A DNA stretch of 64,000 nt from Mesorhizobium sp. (GCF_004962925.1 NZ_SUEO01000001.1:109164-173163), one strand, 5' to 3'; numbered from the stretch's first letter, positions 19,773 to 29,419 are shown. Notes: a model not told the origin generated them from the sequence alone. Translations and numbers: made by a program.

Positions 19773-19984
19773 CAGGCTGCCGAGCTCCGGTATGAGGGCA
19801 AGGCTCCTGCCTTATTGATCGAAGCTGACAGTAGGCTGAACCGGCGCCAGCGAATATCTGGGGGCTTTCAGGCTGCTGTCAGCTACAATTGCAAGAAAGG
19901 GGTCGTTAACAAAGCCAAACGAAGAGGCCTTATGAAACCCCTCCTGATCTCGGCACTTTTGCTCAATGTGACCACCGGCGGCTG
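19241..19984. repeat. Segmental duplication, copy A (3' two-thirds of the regulator gene, intergenic region and lipoprotein signal peptide)
   Basis: Near-identical to 20997-21743 by direct comparison of the DNA (offset about 1757 bp, scattered substitutions and indels). Confidence 0.8.
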
Positions 19985-20429
19985 TACACTGGTTGGCGGG
20001 CAATTCGACGTGGCGGTCAACGAATGGCAGCCGCGCCACGCGTCAATGTCCAGGCTTGAAACTGACAGGTGTCTTAAATACGAGGGCACCGTAGCGGGTG
20101 CCTCCAGTTATCGAACAGTGCCTAGCAGGTCAGAAGTGCACTTTGACCATAGGGGTCGTCCGTATTTTCGGCGCTCGCGAACACAGTCGACGGTCAATCG
20201 ATGCGCCACTGCCAGAGTCTGGAACGGTCAAGTGTTTGTTATCCCCCGTCCGGGCCATATTCTCTGCCGAGGACCAAGAAGGCCCTATTTTCGGTGCCCA
20301 CGAACAGAGCCAACGGTCAATCGATGCGCCACTGCCAGGGTCTGGAACGGTCAAGTGTTTGTGATCCCCTGTCCCGGCCGTGTTCTCTGCCGAACTCGCC
20401 CTTGTAGTCGGCACACCAAAGATCGTTAG
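19932..20429 (+). CDS. Putative lipoprotein whose body is two 41-aa Cys-containing repeats
   Basis: MKPLLISALLLNVTTGGC lipobox. The rest is encoded by the 2x123-bp tandem repeat, and the 3' end runs into the IS481 relic. Coding status is uncertain. Confidence 0.3.
   Translation: MKPLLISALLLNVTTGGCTLVGGQFDVAVNEWQPRHASMSRLETDRCLKYEGTVAGASSYRTVPSRSEVHFDHRGRPYFRRSRTQSTVNRCATARVWNGQVFVIPRPGHILCRGPRRPYFRCPRTEPTVNRCATARVWNGQVFVIPCPGRVLCRTRPCSRHTKDR
20148..20393. repeat. Tandem direct repeat, 2 x 123 bp
   Basis: TATTTTCGG...GGTCAATCGATGCGCCACTGCCAG(A/G)GTCTGGAACGGTCAAGTGTTTGT...TTCTCTGCCGA occurs twice with a 123-bp offset (20163 vs 20286; 20270 vs 20393). Confidence 0.85.
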
Positions 20430-20852
20430 GGCGACAGCCGTTTGAAAGTGGTGTCCCCGTCGCCCTGTTGCGCCTGCGCTTGCGGCGCTCGACCATGCCG
20501 TGGCGGTCGAGCACGGCATATGCACCGTCGAGATCGCGGGCCGGTGCACATCCGGATACAGCCGGGCCAGCCGCTCGCGTATCTTCGGCGCACCCCATGT
20601 CGGCTTGTCTTGCTTGAGGCGCACAATCAGCTTCTCGATTTGAAACGGAAGCTGATTGGCGTGGCGATAGGGCCGCCGCGATCGGTCCGTCAGCCCCTCC
20701 AGGCCGCTATCATTGTAGCGCGTGAGGATCTTGTAGCCGGTCTTGCGCGAGATATCGAACTCCCGGCAAAGCACCGCCATCTTCTCGCCGTCCAGCAGCC
20801 GGGCGACGAACTTCAGCCGCTCTTCCATGACGTTACACTCCTTCCAAGGCAC
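20395..20852 (-). pseudogene. IS481-family transposase, N-terminal relic (frameshifted, truncated)
   Basis: MPWKECNVMEERLKFVARLLDGEKMAVLCREFDISRKTGYKILTRYNDSGLEGLTDRSRRPY... then ...NDLWCADYKGEF in a second frame. Homology stops exactly at the end of the tandem repeat. Confidence 0.7.
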
Positions 20853-20989
20853 CTTGCTCTCCTTGCAAAGGGCCGAAAGTGTAACCCATCTATCCGGAAT
20901 GAAATGTCACCCATCTCTCGGGAAGGGCAGTCATGGCCAAGGCAACTGGAAGCCGAATTTTCTTTTAGAGTATGAATCAGCGCCGTCTG

Positions 20990-21531
20990 CCGAAAAGCGC
21001 GTCCACGATCTTCCCTTTTGAAACGACCGTGCAGGGCTGGGGCAGACGGTAGTCGAGCACCGCCCATCCGCGTCAAGTCAGGTAGACCTCCTGCCCGTCG
21101 CGGAAGAGGCGTCGCTCGGCTGCCTGTATGGAAAGCGTCCCAACCGAAAATTGCGGCTCCGGAAAATGCCCATGGCGACGTGCCACTGCATGGATACGCG
21201 CTGAGAGTTCCCCCAGATCGAACGGCTTGACCAAATAGTCGTCGGCTCCAGCGTTGAAGCCCTCGATGCGATGCGAAATCCGATCGCAGGCTGTCAGAAT
21301 GATGACCGGTGCCGATTCAAGTTCCTTGATCAGCTCCCGCAGATAGTCGATCCCATTGCCGTCCGGCAGGTGAACGTCGAGCAAAATAAGGTCGTAGCCG
21401 ACCACAGCTGCATAATCGCGCGCTTCGGACAGGTTCTTGGCCCAGTCGACCGCGTGGCCACCAGCCACCAAATGATCGTGCATAGCACTTCCAAGGTCCT
21501 TATCGTCTTCAGTGAGCAGTATTCGCATCAT
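20990..21531 (-). pseudogene. Truncated duplicate of the OmpR-family response regulator
   Basis: Receiver domain about 85-90% identical to 19113-19772. A TGA replaces the codon after ...QEVYLT. Homology continues out of frame and ends near 20990, and the last ~35 aa are missing. Confidence 0.8.
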
Positions 21532-21743
21532 GCTGCCGAGCTCCGGTATGAGGGCAAGGCTCCCATCTTATTGGTCGAAGCTGACAATAGGCTGAACCGG
21601 CGGCAGCGAATTATTTGGGGAGCTTTCAGGCTGCTGTCAGCTACAACTTGCAAGAAAGGGGTCGTTAACAAAGCCAAACGAAGAGCCCCTATGAAACCCG
21701 TCCTGACCTCGGCACTTTTGCTCAATGTGACCCCCGGCGGCTG
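20997..21743. repeat. Segmental duplication, copy B
   Basis: See copy A (19241-19984). Confidence 0.8.
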
Positions 21744-22119
21744 CATCAGCAAATTGATTTGGGAAACAGGCGCGCCGGTTCTAACGACCGACGCAGGCCG
21801 AGGTCTGGAACAGCTGGACCAGCGAACGGCGTCTTCGGTTTTTCAGGCAACAGCCACATGGAAGAATATGATTGGCTCGACCATGCGCCGAGCTTTGTCG
21901 AACGGATTGGTCGCGGGCGCACCACCACAGATTATGGCAGGTTTACGCCCTGGCCTTGACACCCGGGGTGATCGTCACCGGCGGAGCCGCGGCGTACTGA
22001 TCGGATATCCAACGTCGCTGAGTCTCTCGTCGGTGCAGTGGATCTCTCGGCTTAGCCATCATGCAAAAAACGACGGTTCCGCGACACCACTTTTCAGGTC
22101 CGTGACACAGGCTTTGTGA
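21691..22119 (+). CDS. Putative lipoprotein (signal peptide duplicated from 19932, unrelated mature part)
   Basis: MKPVLTSALLLNVTPGGC lipobox. The sequence diverges completely after the Cys. Coding status is uncertain. Confidence 0.3.
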   Translation: MKPVLTSALLLNVTPGGCISKLIWETGAPVLTTDAGRGLEQLDQRTASSVFQATATWKNMIGSTMRRALSNGLVAGAPPQIMAGLRPGLDTRGDRHRRSRGVLIGYPTSLSLSSVQWISRLSHHAKNDGSATPLFRSVTQAL

Positions 22120-22285
22120 GCCGATCTGTTGTTCTTACCCCAGGCTAATGGCTGAACAGCTCTGTCGCCGGCTCGATGCGCCAGATGGCGCGATGTTTTG
22201 AACCCTTTCACGAGGCGACGGCAGCAGCCGACCGGCTCTCCTATCGCGGCTCCCGCGATCCACACACCCAACAAGGGAATCTACC

Positions 22286-23407
22286 ATGGTAATGAAGGCA
22301 CCGGTTGCCGACGCTAGGAATGGGTCGGTAGTAGATCGGCTGGTCGGCATCGACCTCGCTCGGGGCCTGGCTGTCTTCGGGATGTATGCCGCCCATCTCG
22401 GTCCCGACCCCGGCGAAGGAGGACTAGTCGGGTTTCTGATGGAACTAACCCATGGGCGGCCGTCGGCCCTGTTTGCCGTATTGGCCGGTTTTTCAATCCT
22501 CCTGATTACAGGTCGCAAGGCGCCGAAGTCGGGGATAGCCGGTAGACAGGCCATCGCCAGAGTCGCAATTCGTGCCCTTGTTTTGCTCGCGCTTGGCTCA
22601 ATCCTGGGCTGCCTCGGTACCCAGGTCGAAGTCATCCTAGAATACTACGGAATTTGCTTCTTGTTGGTATTGCCGCTCCATCGGCTCAGCGCATATCAGC
22701 TGGGCTTGATCGCTGCCGCTACGGCATTAGTTCTCCCGCAAGTCCGTTCCTCCCTTCTGTCGGTTGCCCCCAACCTCCTCGACCCGGTCTTCAACCTCAT
22801 GGTCAACGGCTACTATCCCGCGGTGACCTGGGTTCCTTTCCTCATCGCTGGCATGGCCATCGCGCGCCTTAATCTTAATACGCTAGCAGCGCATTGGCGC
22901 CTTGGTCTGGCGGGGGTCGCGCTGGCCGTGTTGGGCCATGGGGGATCCTTGCTCGCGCTGAGTTCCCGCGCTTTGACTGAAACCTCCTTGTGGTGGTCTG
23001 ACGTTGACGGCGTTTTTGAGCCTTCCAAGTCGTCATTGATAGTCAAGTCGTCATGGATAGCCGCACCTCATAGCGAAACGACGCTTTCGATCGTGGGCAG
23101 CACCGGTTGCGCAATGATCATCTTGGCGGCTTGCATGCTCGCTGTGGATGCGCTCCCGCGTCTGCGAAAGCTGGTCTGGCCAATAATCGCAGTCGGCTCG
23201 ATGTCTTTGACGGCCTATGTGCTGCACATTGCGGGAATAGCCTATCTTATGAAGATAAACATTTTCAAAGACGAGAGCCTGTCCACGCTCTTTGGCTTCG
23301 TTGTGGTTATCAGCACTTTTGCGGTGCTTTGGCTGCGCGTCTTCCAGCGAGGACCGATGGAAGTGCTGATGGGTAGGGTCGCAGATCTCGCGCGTCACAT
23401 CCGCTGA
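22286..23407 (+). CDS. Polytopic membrane protein, DUF1624/DUF418 (heparan-alpha-glucosaminide N-acetyltransferase-like) family
   Basis: RLVGIDLARGLAVFGMYAAH...GRPSALFAVLAGFSILL N-terminal signature. About 9-10 hydrophobic segments. Confidence 0.65.
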   Translation: MVMKAPVADARNGSVVDRLVGIDLARGLAVFGMYAAHLGPDPGEGGLVGFLMELTHGRPSALFAVLAGFSILLITGRKAPKSGIAGRQAIARVAIRALVLLALGSILGCLGTQVEVILEYYGICFLLVLPLHRLSAYQLGLIAAATALVLPQVRSSLLSVAPNLLDPVFNLMVNGYYPAVTWVPFLIAGMAIARLNLNTLAAHWRLGLAGVALAVLGHGGSLLALSSRALTETSLWWSDVDGVFEPSKSSLIVKSSWIAAPHSETTLSIVGSTGCAMIILAACMLAVDALPRLRKLVWPIIAVGSMSLTAYVLHIAGIAYLMKINIFKDESLSTLFGFVVVISTFAVLWLRVFQRGPMEVLMGRVADLARHIR

Positions 23408-23477
23408 GCACCGCCGCGCCCCGGCCTCCCGATCACATTACGGACAAAAAAGGTGGGGTTTTGTCCAAAGCTTGTTC

Positions 23478-23512
23478 GCGGCAGGGGAGGGTACTTCCTC
23501 CCACCCTGCCGC
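23478..23512. terminator. GC-rich hairpin between the membrane-protein gene and the IS110 relic
   Basis: GCGGCAGG-GGAGGG-TACTT-CCTCCC-AC-CCTGCCGC. Only a weak T tract follows. Confidence 0.3.
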
Positions 23513-23586
23513 CTTGTTGATGGAAGCTAAAACGGTCGCGCAGGCGCTAGAGTTGGCATCGGCATAATCAGCTTAAACTCGCGAAG

Positions 23587-24240
23587 TTAAACCCGCGGTT
23601 GGTCTATGTCGGCCCGCCTCACCTGAAAGGCTAAGGTATCCGTTTCGGTCAAGGGTTTTAGGGGCCATTTTCGCTGCGCCTTGAGGAGAGCGTTTGCTAG
23701 GATGAGGAGCTTTCGCAACAAGATGATGACCTTTGCGGGTTTGCCTGCCGCCTTTAGCGCCTGGTATTTTGCCTTGAGGTCGGGGTTGAAGCGCAGGGCG
23801 AAGGCCGGGCATGTAGAGGGCCTGGCGAACATTGGCCCGGCCGCCCCGGATGAAGGCGCGGCCGCTCCATTTTGCCGAGGCCGGCGAGGCTTGCGGCCTT
23901 TGGTTCCGAGTTCCGGCATGTCGATGGTGAGTGTGCAGGCGGTGGCATCCGAGGCGCCATATGCTGGTCAGGATTTCGCGGCGCTGGACAGCGTCGGGAT
24001 CGGCTTTCATGAGGGTAAGCATCGTCTGATCGATATCGCTGAGTTCACGTGGATCTGCTCCAGCCACTCGTTGTTGTGGCGCCTGAGCAAGGCAAGCGGT
24101 CAAGGTCTGGCTCTGGTGCTGGCTGCGGTGCGATCCCCGCACGGGCCAGGTGCCGATCGTGTCGACGATCCACCTCGCCGCGACCAGAGAGCTGCTACTC
24201 TCTTCCGCTGTTCATTCTGGCCTCTTCGCAATGAATGTCA
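23587..24240 (-). pseudogene. IS110-family transposase relic (C-terminal half, frameshifted)
   Basis: ADPDAVQRREILTSI..., MPELGT..., SGKWSGRAFIRGGRANVRQALYMP, RFNPDLKAKYQALKAAGKPAKV...RKLLILANALLKAQRKW, spread over two frames. Confidence 0.7.
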
Positions 24241-24245
24241 TAAAA

Positions 24246-24730
24246 TCACCTGTCGCAATTAATGGTTTTTGATTTGGCTCCAACAGCTGGCAGATATCGC
24301 CGAGAGTTCCGCAGAGAGCGTCGAAAGTTTTGGCCGCCTTCTTCCGCAGCCGCGCCTTGAGTTTTGAGCAGACCTGTCTTGATCGGGTTGAGATCGGGCG
24401 AGCATGGCGGCAGGATCAGGAGCCAGTGCCCCTTTGGCCAACCAGTGGGCGGCGCGTACCTTGCCGACAATCTGGGGTTCCGAACCCGACAGTTGGTTTT
24501 CAACCCGACAGTGGCCCGCCTCAGAGCAGGCTACCGCCCTTCGGAGCAGGCAAAAGCTAATCGAGGTTCGCGGGTTCCGGTTTGAGTGTGCAGGTCGCTG
24601 CGCGCCTGATCTTTCGGTCTGGCGGCACATGACAAAAACCCTCATTTTGGCCGACGATACCCGGTCAGGAGCGGGTATCGCAGTCGAGAAGCGACCCGAG
24701 CACGTCCACAAGATGTGCCGAGTTTGCAAG
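24246..24730 (-). pseudogene. IS630-family transposase relic
   Basis: LILPPCSPDLNPIKTGLLKTQ corresponds to the conserved YSPDLNPIE region. Upstream fragments are in other frames. Confidence 0.55.
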
Positions 24731-24952
24731 GTGTGTCATTGTTTCTGTCAACGTTCGAGCGACAGCGCACGACGAAACGTCTGGCATACGCCTCGTCTGG
24801 CACGAGCCTCGCATATGTTGCAGTTGCTGCTGGAGATCAGGCGATCGAGTGGGCCTTGCAATTTTCCGATTTTGCTGCGCCTAAAGTCTCGTGTACAAAT
24901 CAGGCTGGCGTGAATGGCCTGCCTAAGTGCGACTTATTACAAAGGAATGGAT

Positions 24953-25164
24953 ATGGCGACTGGAACGGTGAAGTGGTTCAACAGCACGAAGGGTTTTGGT
25001 TTTATTCAGCCTGACAACGGCGGTCAGGATGTCTTTGTCCACATTTCCGCTGTTGAACGAGCGGCCTGTCGACCCTTAATGAGGGCCAGAAGATCAACTA
25101 CGAGGTGGAACAGGATCGCCGCACGGGAAAGTCCTCTGCAGGCAGCCTCAGCAAGGCTGGCTAA
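24953..25164 (+). pseudogene. cspA: Cold-shock protein (CspA family) inactivated by a 1-nt deletion
   Basis: [37 protein letters not shown], then the frame is lost. The +1 frame continues [33 protein letters not shown]-stop. GCGGGC appears reduced to GCGGC near 25066. Confidence 0.8.
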
Positions 25165-25310
25165 CGGTCCGGGAAAGCCTTGGCAAGGTTTCGTCATCGC
25201 CGGAACGCATTGACGGCTCGAAACCCGGGCCGGAGCATGCAAGTTAATGCCGCGGCAGGGATTGCTGGAGCCATCATTAATTACTCTGGAAATGAGGCTC
25301 TTGGACGGGA

Positions 25311-25336
25311 AAGGCGGGGCTCATCCCCGCCCTTTG
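25311..25336. terminator. Bidirectional rho-independent-type hairpin between cspA and the mucR-like gene
   Basis: GGCGGGG-CTCAT-CCCCGCC with flanking AAA/TTT. Confidence 0.55.
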
Positions 25337-25394
25337 ATTCCGCGCAGATTGGGCCTACGGCTGCTGCGCGTCCGGAACGACTGTTGATACGGAT

Positions 25395-25865
25395 TTAGGC
25401 TGCGACCTTCTTGCGGGTCCGTTTCGCCGGCGCCGGGGCGGGGGCTTCCGGCTCTTTCGGTTTGCGGCCGAGTCCCATGGTCTTGGCCAAGGCGGAGCGC
25501 GCAGCGGCGTAATTCGGCGCCACCATGGGATAATCCGACGGCAGACCCCATTTGGCGCGATATTCGTCTGGGGTCAGACCATAGTGCGTCGCCAGATGGC
25601 GCTTTAGCGATTTGAATTTCTTGCCGTCTTCAAGGCTAATGATGTAGTCCGGTTCGATCGACTTTTTGATCGGGACAGCAGGTTTTTTTACAGGCACAGG
25701 CTCTTCTGCCGGTATGAGTCCAGCCGTGCCGTTTAGAGCCCCGTGCACTTGGGCGATCAGGGCAGGAAGCTCCCCCGCCGGGACGGGGTTGTTGGAGACG
25801 TAGGCTGATACAACATCGGCAGTGAGCTCGATGAGGATGTCGGTCTTGTGGGGTTCTTCTGTCAT
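25395..25865 (-). CDS. mucR: Ros/MucR-family transcriptional regulator lacking three of the four zinc ligands
   Basis: MTEEPHKTDILIELTADVVSAYVSNN...YIISLEDGKKFKSLKRHLATHYGLTPDEYRAKWGLPSDYPMVAPNYAAARSALAK. The canonical C-x2-C...H-x3-HH is replaced by S-x2-D...H-x3-HY. Start ATG 25865. Confidence 0.85.
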   Translation of the reverse strand: MTEEPHKTDILIELTADVVSAYVSNNPVPAGELPALIAQVHGALNGTAGLIPAEEPVPVKKPAVPIKKSIEPDYIISLEDGKKFKSLKRHLATHYGLTPDEYRAKWGLPSDYPMVAPNYAAARSALAKTMGLGRKPKEPEAPAPAPAKRTRKKVAA

Positions 25866-26335
25866 AAACTTCTCCGGGCAGCTTGAAACACAGTTGGGCG
25901 AAGTGTCGCTACATAGTGGCGGTTGCCGCTGAAAGCAAATGGATCGACGGGTGCGCTGCTCCTCCACCATTGAAGTCTCGGCGACGCATCCCGTCATCGT
26001 CCATCGCTAAAGGCAGCGTATTGAATTATGGGAGCGGTCGCGCCCGCCCCACCATAGCGATACAGCAAGACAATCAAAAAAGCCGGTCTTTGCTTGGCCC
26101 CAAATCTTTTCTCCTTTCGTGAACGCTGAGCTGCCAAGCTGCTACAGTTCACCTCGCGGGGCAACCGTGCACAACACAGGAGTCGCCCGAGCGATACATT
26201 CTTCACTTGCCGCTTATCAGCGCTGGTGATTGCACTTTGCAGCCTGCCTCCGGACCCGCAGCGCTCACGCTGTTGGTTTTGCGCCTGCAGGCGTCGGAAG
26301 TCGGATCGCCGCAGCTAATTTCCTCAGGCGGACGA

Positions 26336-26381
26336 ATTCAACAAATCGATTGTTTGGATCGAAGGCATCCGCACCATCGAT
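26336..26381 (-). promoter_or_regulatory. nod box (NodD-dependent promoter element)
   Basis: The minus strand reads ATCGATGGTGCGGATGCCTTCGATCCAAACAATCGATTTGTTGAAT. It has the ATC-N9-GAT modules and the ATCCAAACAATCGATTT core, and is oriented toward lower coordinates. Confidence 0.7.
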
Positions 26382-26759
26382 GCCTCTAGAATAGGATCCA
26401 GCTACAATCACCGTGCTGTAATGGCAGGGACGGCCAGCACAAGCGCGACACGATCCGGCGGGTCCATCGCTGCGTTACGTATTCATGGCTACTGCATCGG
26501 GCGCTCGGTCGACCGCCTTAAGCCAGGTCGCCGCATTGCGAGACGGTGACCGGCGAGGGAGAGGGCGCTCTGGCAACGAAGCGAGGCGGGTGGCCTTGCG
26601 GGTGGCCGCGTGATGTCATCCGGCTCTCCTGCCGATCTCTGCCGGCCAGATCTGGAGCAACTGTTTTGCATAGATATGGCTCTCTTCAGGGGGCCATCTA
26701 TGATGGGAGCCGAGCGCGTGTTCGAGCGGGGGAACAGGCTGCACATGCGCTGTGCCCAC

Positions 26760-27302
26760 CTATTGCGATCGTGCTAACCTTGGTTGTTCGGACTTGCCGT
26801 TAAAGGCAAGCGACAGATTGAAGTTATGCTGCACCATCTGATTGCCTGGCTCGTTTTCGAGAGCTCGCCGATACAGGGCCTGTGCCGCGTCATGCCGCCC
26901 CTCAATGTCCAAAATCACGCCCTTCGCATTCAATGCACGTACGTTTCCTGGGGCTGCAACCAAGACGCTGTCGAGCACCTCAACCGCTTCGTGCGGGCGC
27001 TTCTGGCCCACCAAGGCATTTGTAAGTCGTATCGCCGCATCAACATTGTCCGGGTGCTGCTTCACCTCATCCCGCAAAGCCCGCTCTTGAACATCCTGAC
27101 CAACTTCGCGCAAAATGCGTTCGCGCATAGCCGGATCGATTTGATCGGCGCTGAGCAACTCGGGGGAAGATGTCTCCTGCACGGAAAGAGCCGGCTTTTG
27201 CCAGCTGGCGCAACCGCCCAAAGGCAGAATGGCGAGTAGGGCAAAAAGAAGTGAGTTCCGGCGCAGAAACATAGGCGATGGAGAAACTGTATTACTATTC
27301 AT
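26760..27302 (-). CDS. T3SS-associated TPR lipoprotein (Y4yS-like)
   Basis: Lipobox LPLGGC, TPR-like repeats. Last gene of the rhcV operon, as in other Rhc clusters. Confidence 0.7.
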   Translation of the reverse strand: MNSNTVSPSPMFLRRNSLLFALLAILPLGGCASWQKPALSVQETSSPELLSADQIDPAMRERILREVGQDVQERALRDEVKQHPDNVDAAIRLTNALVGQKRPHEAVEVLDSVLVAAPGNVRALNAKGVILDIEGRHDAAQALYRRALENEPGNQMVQHNFNLSLAFNGKSEQPRLARSQ

Positions 27303-27355
27303 ATTATCTCTCAGTTATCGGGGAGGCGCGTGGCGTTCAGTTAGGAAAGGTGGGA

Positions 27356-29419
27356 CTACTCTAACAATCCGCTGTTCGATCCGTGCGGGAGTGTGACGGA
27401 TCCTGCGGGGCGAATTGTAAAGTCGGAGGCGAGGTCTTGATAAGACAGCACGGCGAGATCAATCCCGTTTCGCGTCAGAAAGCCGCGGACGAAACGTCGG
27501 ACATCCATCGACGTCAACAGAATAGGGCGGGTTTGACCCGGTTCTGCGTTCGAAAGGACCTGACGTATCTGTGATAGCATCGCTTCGCTTTGCCGATCCT
27601 CCAGTGCGAGATAGGGGCCTGCATCCGAATCTCGAACCGCGCCACGCATCACATCCTCGCTCTCGCGCTCGACGACCAAGGCGGACACGATGCCCTCCGT
27701 GTTGGCATGGCGGTGGCAGATCTGTCGCTTCAAACCAGAACGGACATATTCCGTCAGCAGGGCAACGTTTTGCTCACGCTCGCTCCATTCGGCCAATGCC
27801 TCCAACACGAGACGGGTGTGGCGGATTGGGATACCTTCCTCCAGGAGGCGGCGCAGAACATCGGCAATCCGAGGAATCGGCGTCGTGCGTAGCACCTCTT
27901 TCACAAGCTCAGAATATTCCTGCTCCATTCGGCCCAGGAAATGTCGGGTCTCTTGGATGCCCACCAATCGCGGTGCGTAGCGGGTCAACGCTGCATGGAC
28001 GCGCAAGGCGAGGAGTTCGCCGGGAGCCCTATGCTCCGTGCCGGCGCCCGTAAGGGCCTTTGCAGGGGTATGTTCAACCGGGAGTCTGTCCGTTTTCGGC
28101 TCACGTCTAAGGGGGACACCGCTCGAGTCGACGTGCGCTACATCGGCTCGGAGCGTCATCTGGTTTGGATCTAAGGCGTCCTGTTCGACTGGCACGCCCT
28201 CGACATCAATCCGGAATTGCGATGCAGGCAGCTGCTCGTCAACCAAGACAGGGATGCGAGGAACGATAATGCCCAGATCGGCTGTGACCAGGAGCGAAAC
28301 GCGCCCAATATGTTTTTGCAATTCGGCTTGATCGACCGCCTGCATAAGATCTGGCGCTAGAAAAAATGCGATCGGGAATTCCTTCGCAGGCGCGGCTTGC
28401 TTAGGCTCCGCTGCAGTTCCACCTTTCGCATCGGCAGTGCCGGCGCCCAGCACATCAGCCTTGACAATGCTTGCCGCAGCGAACACTGCGGCCAGCATCA
28501 GAAAGACGGGGAGGGGAAACCCAGGAACGAACCCCATTACAACCAGGACGCCGGCCGCCAGTCGCAAGGCTCGAGTGCTGGCCGTGAGCTGACTGACCAT
28601 TTCGGTACCGAGGTTGATCCTCGCCGTCCCAGTCACACGGGTGACGATGGTCGCCGCAGTAATGGAGAGCAGAAGGGCCGGAATCTGCGATATCAATGCA
28701 TCGCCTATCGTCAGCAGAGTATAGTGATGCAGTACCTCGCCGAAGGACATGCCCTTGGAGAGCAGGCCGATCGAAATTCCACCCAGCATGTTGATGCAGA
28801 TAACCACCAGCCCGGCGATGGAATCGCCCTTCACAAATTTCATCGCGCCGTCCATCGCACCATAGAGTTGGCTTTCCTTCTCTAATTCGGCGCGCCGCCG
28901 GCGGGATTCGTTGGCATCGATGTGGCCGTTGCGTAGCTCTGCGTCGACCGCCATTTGCTTGCCCGGCAGAGCATCCAGCGTGAAACGCGCCGCCACTTCT
29001 GCCACCCGTTCGGCACCCTTCGCGAGGACCATGAATTGCACCATGGTGACGACCAGAAATATGACGAAACCCACCACGATATTGCCTGAAATGACGAAAT
29101 CGCCAAAAGTATGAATAATGCTGCCGGCCTCCCCCTCGGCCAGGATCAGTCGCGTCGTTGCGACCGTGAGCGCGAGACGGAATACAGTGGAAATCAAAAT
29201 AACGCCGGGCAAAGAGGAAAAATCAAGTGGAGTACTGACATACAGGGCAACCATCATCAGCAGTATGGCCAACCCCATATTGAATCCTATCAGGGCGTCG
29301 ACCACCACGACCGGGATAGGCATGACCATCATCGCGACAGCCAGAAGCAGCATCAACGCAACCATTAAATCCGGGCTGGCCGGCGCACGCTTGATGAAGT
29401 CACGCAGGACGTTGGCCAT
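27356..29419 (-). CDS. rhcV: T3SS export gate protein RhcV (SctV)
   Basis: 687 aa of FHIPEP family architecture. The N-terminus is an 8-TM domain with FVKGDSIAG and LLSITAATIVTR; a large cytoplasmic domain follows. Confidence 0.95.
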   Translation of the reverse strand: MANVLRDFIKRAPASPDLMVALMLLLAVAMMVMPIPVVVVDALIGFNMGLAILLMMVALYVSTPLDFSSLPGVILISTVFRLALTVATTRLILAEGEAGSIIHTFGDFVISGNIVVGFVIFLVVTMVQFMVLAKGAERVAEVAARFTLDALPGKQMAVDAELRNGHIDANESRRRRAELEKESQLYGAMDGAMKFVKGDSIAGLVVICINMLGGISIGLLSKGMSFGEVLHHYTLLTIGDALISQIPALLLSITAATIVTRVTGTARINLGTEMVSQLTASTRALRLAAGVLVVMGFVPGFPLPVFLMLAAVFAAASIVKADVLGAGTADAKGGTAAEPKQAAPAKEFPIAFFLAPDLMQAVDQAELQKHIGRVSLLVTADLGIIVPRIPVLVDEQLPASQFRIDVEGVPVEQDALDPNQMTLRADVAHVDSSGVPLRREPKTDRLPVEHTPAKALTGAGTEHRAPGELLALRVHAALTRYAPRLVGIQETRHFLGRMEQEYSELVKEVLRTTPIPRIADVLRRLLEEGIPIRHTRLVLEALAEWSEREQNVALLTEYVRSGLKRQICHRHANTEGIVSALVVERESEDVMRGAVRDSDAGPYLALEDRQSEAMLSQIRQVLSNAEPGQTRPILLTSMDVRRFVRGFLTRNGIDLAVLSYQDLASDFTIRPAGSVTLPHGSNSGLLE

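Noticed and set aside
24799-24814. Sigma-54-like TGGCAC-GAGCC-TCGCA about 140 bp upstream of the dead csp gene
   Set aside because: The -12 element is imperfect, no UAS is present, and the downstream gene is a pseudogene. Evidence is too weak.
25994-26206. 70-aa ORF between the nod box and the mucR-like gene
   Set aside because: Cys/Arg-rich, with no Shine-Dalgarno sequence and no recognisable family. The region is more probably a 5' leader.
27530-27570. tts-box-like ACGTCAGGTCCTTTCGAACGC on the minus strand
   Set aside because: It lies inside the rhcV coding sequence, and the GTCAG-to-TCG spacing is 6 nt instead of 4.
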